This document shows, piece after piece, positions 35,062 to 40,037 of a DNA stretch of 40,037 bases; positions within the stretch are counted from its first letter, which is position 1; each line of letters opens with the position of its first letter. The translations under genes and the position numbers were made by a program. The DNA lies in assembly GCF_001194135.2 (NCBI RefSeq), contig NC_068994.1:58475745-58515781 (forward strand), written 5' to 3'. This DNA is from Octopus bimaculoides. Taxonomy: Eukaryota. The notes below the pieces were generated by a model. It had not been told where the DNA came from, did no database searches, and saw nothing but the letters and a program-made list of their open reading frames with translations.

Positions 35062-35465
35062 GGTAAGCGGTCAGTTTAGGGATATTAAAAAAGTAAATAA
35101 AAATTAAGGGAGAGATAATTAGTAAAAAAGACAAGTCAACTTAAATACTATAGAATGACAATATAGCGAATTACAATTTTGGCACGTGTATAAATTCATA
35201 ATTAGTCGACGCCGTGCCAACCACTGAAGAATCTTGTCTCATGGTTCGGCTAATTGGGTGATTATCCCAGATTGATTCACGGTTGAGGATTTCAATTTCA
35301 GGAATAATGAATTGCGGCCCCACTGGTCTTCCACGGGCCATTCTGATCAATTCCAAACTAAATTAGTGTCCAGCATTTATGTTGAGTTATGTTATGTCCC
35401 TTTACTAGTTATATCCACCTTAATTTTTATTTACTTTTTTAATATTACTAAACTGAACAATTACC
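35062..35465. mobile_element. TIR element with ~85-bp imperfect inverted repeats (superfamily uncertain)
   Basis: 35071-35109 vs 35418-35456 are reverse complements with 2 mismatches and extend imperfectly inward and outward. Termini read GGTAA. No TSD seen. Confidence 0.65.
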
Positions 35466-36208
35466 GGCTACTCTAATACGTCTGTAATCATCTTCCAGAA
35501 AAAAGGGGGGGGGGGCACCGGTCAATGAAGAAACTACAACCACGGTGGGTCAGGACCCGCTACAAGATTCCTGGACAGAGTTAGAAATGCAATAAGGGGG
35601 GTAACTCTATAGTGACTATAATGAATGAGTAACGAAGCTGATGATGGCAGACACTAACGCTGGAAGACTATTATGTTTTCTAAATTCCTCTAAACCCATT
35701 CATGAGCAAATTGCGGGCCTAACGAAAAATTATCTTGACTGTTTTAAGTGGCGCGGTTCATCTGATGTCGAGCCATGTCTCATGCGGCCCGCTTCCTCAT
35801 AAAACTTATCCACGTCTACTCGAACGTCTCTGTACCGTTTTATCAAATAAAGCCGTAGAATAAATTCATCTTTTAGGTCTGAATTCTTGTTCAGCCGTGA
35901 ATTTATCGATCACATAATATAAACCGAAACTATCGATATTAATTTTTAACTCACTTTATTCAATGTAAGTTCGATTTTACTCCAATCACTACCTCCTGGA
36001 ACATGTAATCTTGGGCAATATTCTTACGAAGTATAACCTGAAGATGGCACCAGGCTGACTTCTCCCTTTACATTTAGCAGTGATCCAACATACCGCTACG
36101 GTCTATGGCTCTAATATCTTATGCTTTTTTTAGAAGGTGATATGGAAAGAAAAAATCCTCAATGATTTTTTTTGCGAAAAATTCAAAAAAAAAATTCAAA
36201 AAACAAAA

Positions 36209-36288
36209 GTTTAGGGTTTAGGATTGGGATTTAGGGTAAGAGTTAGAGTTTAGAGTTGTGATTTAGGGTTACAGTTAGGGTTTAGGGT
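36209..36288 (+). repeat. Degenerate telomere-like (T)TTAGGG array
   Basis: Perfect TTAGGG at 36211, 36231, 36263, 36275 and 36282, with variant units between them. Confidence 0.7.
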
Positions 36289-36952
36289 CAGACTGACCAG
36301 TGGGTGGCCTGGGGTTAATAAATTAGTGACAAATTTTCAGTGAACACTTTTCTAAGTTTTTTTCTGGAACAAGTCAATAACAAAGGGAAATTCAGCGTGA
36401 AAAATTACATCAATATACCAAATTTTGAAAAGTTTCACTTAATTTAAAATTTCAAGAATGTGACAGCAACAGAAAAGACGCATAATTGTTTCTGTCCGAT
36501 AAAATAATGTAAAACGTTCGGACAATTTGAAACGGAAAAATTCTCGGAGAAATATTTTTTGCGAAAAATACCGAAAAAGAAAATAAATTGTACGTTATAC
36601 TGTAATAATAGTCCGGTTCAGGTAAACAATTAACACATTTTTGTAGCGAAAATTTAAAAATTCGTCAAAGAAAATAGGTGAAGAAATTACACGTAGTGGC
36701 TGTAGCGATTTTAAGCAGACAACGCCTGGGGTTGTTACTATGGGAATGGACACCAATGTCTCTGCGGCTCTCGACTGGAATAAAATTCAAAACCTTGAAA
36801 ACTGTGACAGTAGCAGAAAAAATCTAGAAATTCTAAGATTGTAGACAGCAGGTTACAGTGAGTTGTCATTTTATGGACATTGGTCAAAGAGTGTTAGCGA
36901 CAACGTTTCGTGAAATGAAGGAATAATTAGAATAGACGTATAGCTATATATT

Positions 36953-37125
36953 GGCGCAGGCGTGACTGTATGGTGGGAGGTTTGTACCCCAACCACACAA
37001 TTTCGAGTTCAGTCCTACTGCGTGGCACCTTGGGCAAGTGTCTTCTACGATAGCCTCACTCTTGTGAATGAATATGGTAGACGGAAACTTAAAAAAGCCC
37101 ATCGCATATGCGCGCGCGTGTGTGT
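36953..37125 (+). mobile_element. SINE family B 5' half
   Basis: ggcgcaggcgtgactgtatgg...gagttcagtcctactgcgtggcaccttgggcaagtgtcttctac...gacggaaact. Confidence 0.8.
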
Positions 37126-37376
37126 GTAGGTACAGCACAAAGGCTCCGAGTTAGACGATGAGAGGTAGTTTCATCATACGAGCATAAATCTGATTCTGCA
37201 ATTCCTTGGATTAATTGCCATTGCTTGCTAGAATATTTTCGCATTTTCGTTGTATTCTGGGTTCGATAAAGAGTGTAGCACATTCTTCAAATTTTAAAGT
37301 GATTTTTATTTTAAAGTTTAAAATAAAAATCACGGGTATTTGCAGATAAAAGGAAGTTAATTTTAGATGTTTAATT

Positions 37377-37425
37377 ACAGAGTTGTTTCCCTTGCAACAG
37401 AGTTGTTTCCCTTGCAACGGAGTTG
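37377..37425 (+). repeat. 20-bp tandem duplication ACAGAGTTGTTTCCCTTGCA x2.4
   Basis: Read directly. Confidence 0.9.
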
Positions 37426-37524
37426 ACTTGTTTCGAAGCTACATTCACAGTTATGCACATGTGAACATACGGGCTTTTTCACGCACACACGAGCATACAC
37501 CTGAACACTAACAAAGGTCACACA

Positions 37525-37687
37525 TGGATCACGTGACGATTTGGTTACTGCAGGGAGATGCTGGAATTTTCCTTCCTAGTTGTTGTAATGGTGTAGCTGT
37601 ATGATGCTGCACGCATTGGTAAAAAATGTCCTCAATTTTATTTGCGCATTATGGTCCATATCACGCCGCACGTATACGTGAACGCGT

Positions 37688-37690
<3 letters not shown>
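37525..37690. promoter_or_regulatory. Possible CpG-rich regulatory motif cluster
   Basis: TCACGTGAC at 37529-37, ATTGG at 37615-19, TTGCGCAT at 37642-49 and the CACGTATACGTG palindrome. Motif matches only. Confidence 0.2.
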
Positions 37691-37725
<35 letters not shown>

Positions 37726-37896
37726 GGGTTTTTTTTTTCTATAGTTCGTTGTATGTACATTTTTTTTTGTTTGTAGGGTCTTCCATACTTTTTTAATCTA
37801 CATGGTCGTATATTGGCATTAGAGAATATTTTTTAGTGGTTTTCACATTTTTTGATTTTTATTTATTTATATGTTGTAATTGTGTATTATTACTTA

Positions 37897-38212
37897 GTTA
37901 GAGAATATTATAAAAGTGAAAGGATTTTGTCTATTTATTTATTCCGACTGTCCACCTGCGACGGTGATTAAATTGACTAGGAACACTGTACGCGATGAAT
38001 ATCTACTCAAGGCACAAGGCCCGAAATTTTGGGGGAGTGGGCCAGTCGATTAGATTGACCCCAGTACGCAACTGGTACTTAATTTATCGACCCCGAAAGG
38101 ACGAAATGCAAAGTTGACCTCGGAGGATTGGTTAGAGAATATTATAAAAGTGAAAGGATTTTGCTTATTTATTTATTTCGACTGTCCACCTGTGATGGTG
38201 ATTAAATTGACT
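37897..38212 (+). repeat. 82-bp direct repeat pair (37897-37978 and 38131-38212)
   Basis: Equal length with 5 mismatches, flanking a minus-strand SINE fragment. Confidence 0.9.
37995..38128 (-). mobile_element. 5'-truncated family A SINE
   Basis: ggcacaaggcccgaaattttggggg...accccagtacgcaactggtacttaatttatcgaccccgaaagg...gttgacctcgg. Confidence 0.85.
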
Positions 38213-39134
38213 TACCAACAGAGAATCATATTATTTATAAATCAACAGAAAATCTGTAGCATGGGAATTGAGAAAACAGGTCAAAGAAATTCAAGGACGG
38301 AATTTTCTAGATATATTAATTTAGGACGGTTTATACATATATGTGAAAATGTACATTGATATATCAGTTAGATAACTTATTTTGGAGAAATCTTATGGCC
38401 AATGTACCTAGATATCATCCTTATTTTTTTTTTTTTTTTTTTTTTTATCAGTGGAGTAATCTGTGATCTGAAGTTAAATGAATGGTGTTCCAGCGTGGCC
38501 GCAGTCAAAATGACTGAAACAAACAAACGGATAAAAGAATAAAAGCAAGACAAATAGTCGTCGTTAAAGTCGAGTAGATCTATTGAAATTTACGGTTAGG
38601 AATTCTGTTTGAGGCTATGCCCAGGTAGAAGTTAACAGTTATCAAGAAGGAAAAGCGAGCAAAATAATTCGTAACACATGATTGCTGTGAGAACAAAACG
38701 TCAATAAGCACAGAGGGAGAGAGAGGGTGGGGGGCTTTTCTCTGTACAGCGAATATTGCTTAGTGAGAAAAAGAATATTGAGATTCAAGTGCGTTCAGGC
38801 AAAAATTGGCGTCATAAACTAATATTATTTAATTGGTGATAACAACATACGTGACAAGGGTGAATTATAATGCAAATGAAACACCACACGAACGCGCGCA
38901 TTGTTCATTTATAGCCGTGACTGCAAAAGTCTGTACACAATCTTTCTCAAGAAAAGGCAAAGTCTGAGTTGTTAGTGTTATTTAGCCCAGGGAAGACATT
39001 CCGTATGATTTAATTTCTCTGTCTGACGAATTTCAAATAGAAAATTGCTTACATGACCATCTAACGTGTGAAAACTTTGTGATTCCTATTAGCAAATGAA
39101 ACGCGTGTAATGGTGAATAATACCCCAAAAATTC

Positions 39135-39280
39135 CATTACGCTCTTAGTTCGAATCCCACTGAGGCCGACTTTTCCTGTCATCTTTCAGGGTCGATAAAA
39201 TAAGAAGCATAATCGATGTAATCGACTGACTCCTCCCACTATACAATTGCTGGCCTTCTGTCAAACTTTGAAGGAATTAT
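39135..39280 (+). mobile_element. Family A SINE fragment
   Basis: gttcgaatcccactgaggccgactttt...gggtcgataaaataag...gatgtaatcgact. Confidence 0.7.
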
Positions 39281-39501
39281 AATCATTAGTAATTACATCG
39301 GCAAACACCACAGTGATTCAGTGGCCGAAAGATTCGCGTATAGCATTTATCAAACTTATCGTGCTTTGTACAAAACCTCTTGGCCCATAGATCACTTTGT
39401 AACTTCTACTGATTAAAGTAATACAAGTACATGCTTATCTATCGAGTTCTATGTATCTTATCATACAAATTCTCTCTCTCTCTCTCTCCACACACACATA
39501 T

Positions 39502-39732
39502 ATATATATAGGGAGATTCAGCGTGACACAGTGTGACAGAAACAGGAAGAAAGAGCGAAAGAAAGTTGCGGTGAAAGAGTACAGCAGGATTCGCCACCAT
39601 CCCCTGCCGGAGCTATGTGGAACTTTAGGTGTTTTCGCTCAATAAACACTCACAACACCCGGTTTGGGAATCGAAACCGCGATCCTACGACCGCGAGTCT
39701 GCTGCCCTAACCACTGGGCCATTGCGCCTCCA
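39502..39732 (-). mobile_element. tRNA-derived SINE family E with well-preserved head
   Basis: Minus strand GGAGGCGCAATGGCCCAGTGGTTAGGGCAGC...GGTTTCGATTCC contains A and B boxes but no acceptor stem or CCA, so it is not a tRNA. Confidence 0.8.
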
Positions 39733-39986
39733 CTCGGATGGTCTTACCAATTCGCATTAGGGGTTCAACGGTGTGTTAGGTAACAGTACGGTTATGTAAC
39801 ACTACGCAGAGTTACATAATCGGATTAAATAACACTATGATGAATCCCTAAGGCAAAACCGATTGGTGAGATCAACCGTAATGGATATATCGTACTGTAA
39901 ACTTCGATTAATATACCTACTCTACTGACATATAAGAGTGCATTGTATTTTTTCCTGACAAAGGATTCTTAGACGGTATCTATCTA

Positions 39987-39987
<1 letters not shown>

Positions 39988-40037
<50 letters not shown>
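39988..40037. repeat. (TA)n microsatellite at the window end
   Basis: Read directly. Confidence 0.95.

Noticed and set aside
39660-39732. tRNA gene
   Set aside because: No acceptor-stem pairing; it continues into a SINE body.

Overview
AT-rich, microsatellite-saturated eukaryotic DNA with six N-gaps. The SINE and LINE families look like those of an octopus (coleoid cephalopod); this is inferred from repeat recognition, not a database search. One protein-coding gene is supported on the + strand: exons 14205-14887, 19281-20395 and a probable terminal exon 21199-21268, with phase-compatible GT-AG junctions. Its 5' exon(s) were not found. The product carries six copies of a [ST]x[IVL]xxE[IL]+xxxx[RK]Exx[LF] motif resembling vertebrate MISP/AKAP2. 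The rest is mobile-element debris: R4/Dong-type RLE LINEs (two stacked in (TAA)n), RTE and Penelope-like relics, a Helitron Rep relic, piggyBac-like, Tc1/mariner-like and possibly Merlin-like MITEs, and about 35 SINE copies of at least five families. The most notable structures are two ~240-bp foldback elements bracketing the two large exons, a 7x amplified Pol III A-box, decayed hammerhead-ribozyme cores, a MITE that could supply an intronic stop and poly(A) signal, and a shift to CpG-rich DNA after ~32.6 kb. No CRISPR array, rRNA or true tRNA was seen. Most ORFs in the supplied track are microsatellite or N-gap artefacts. Boundaries of degenerate repeats are approximate.
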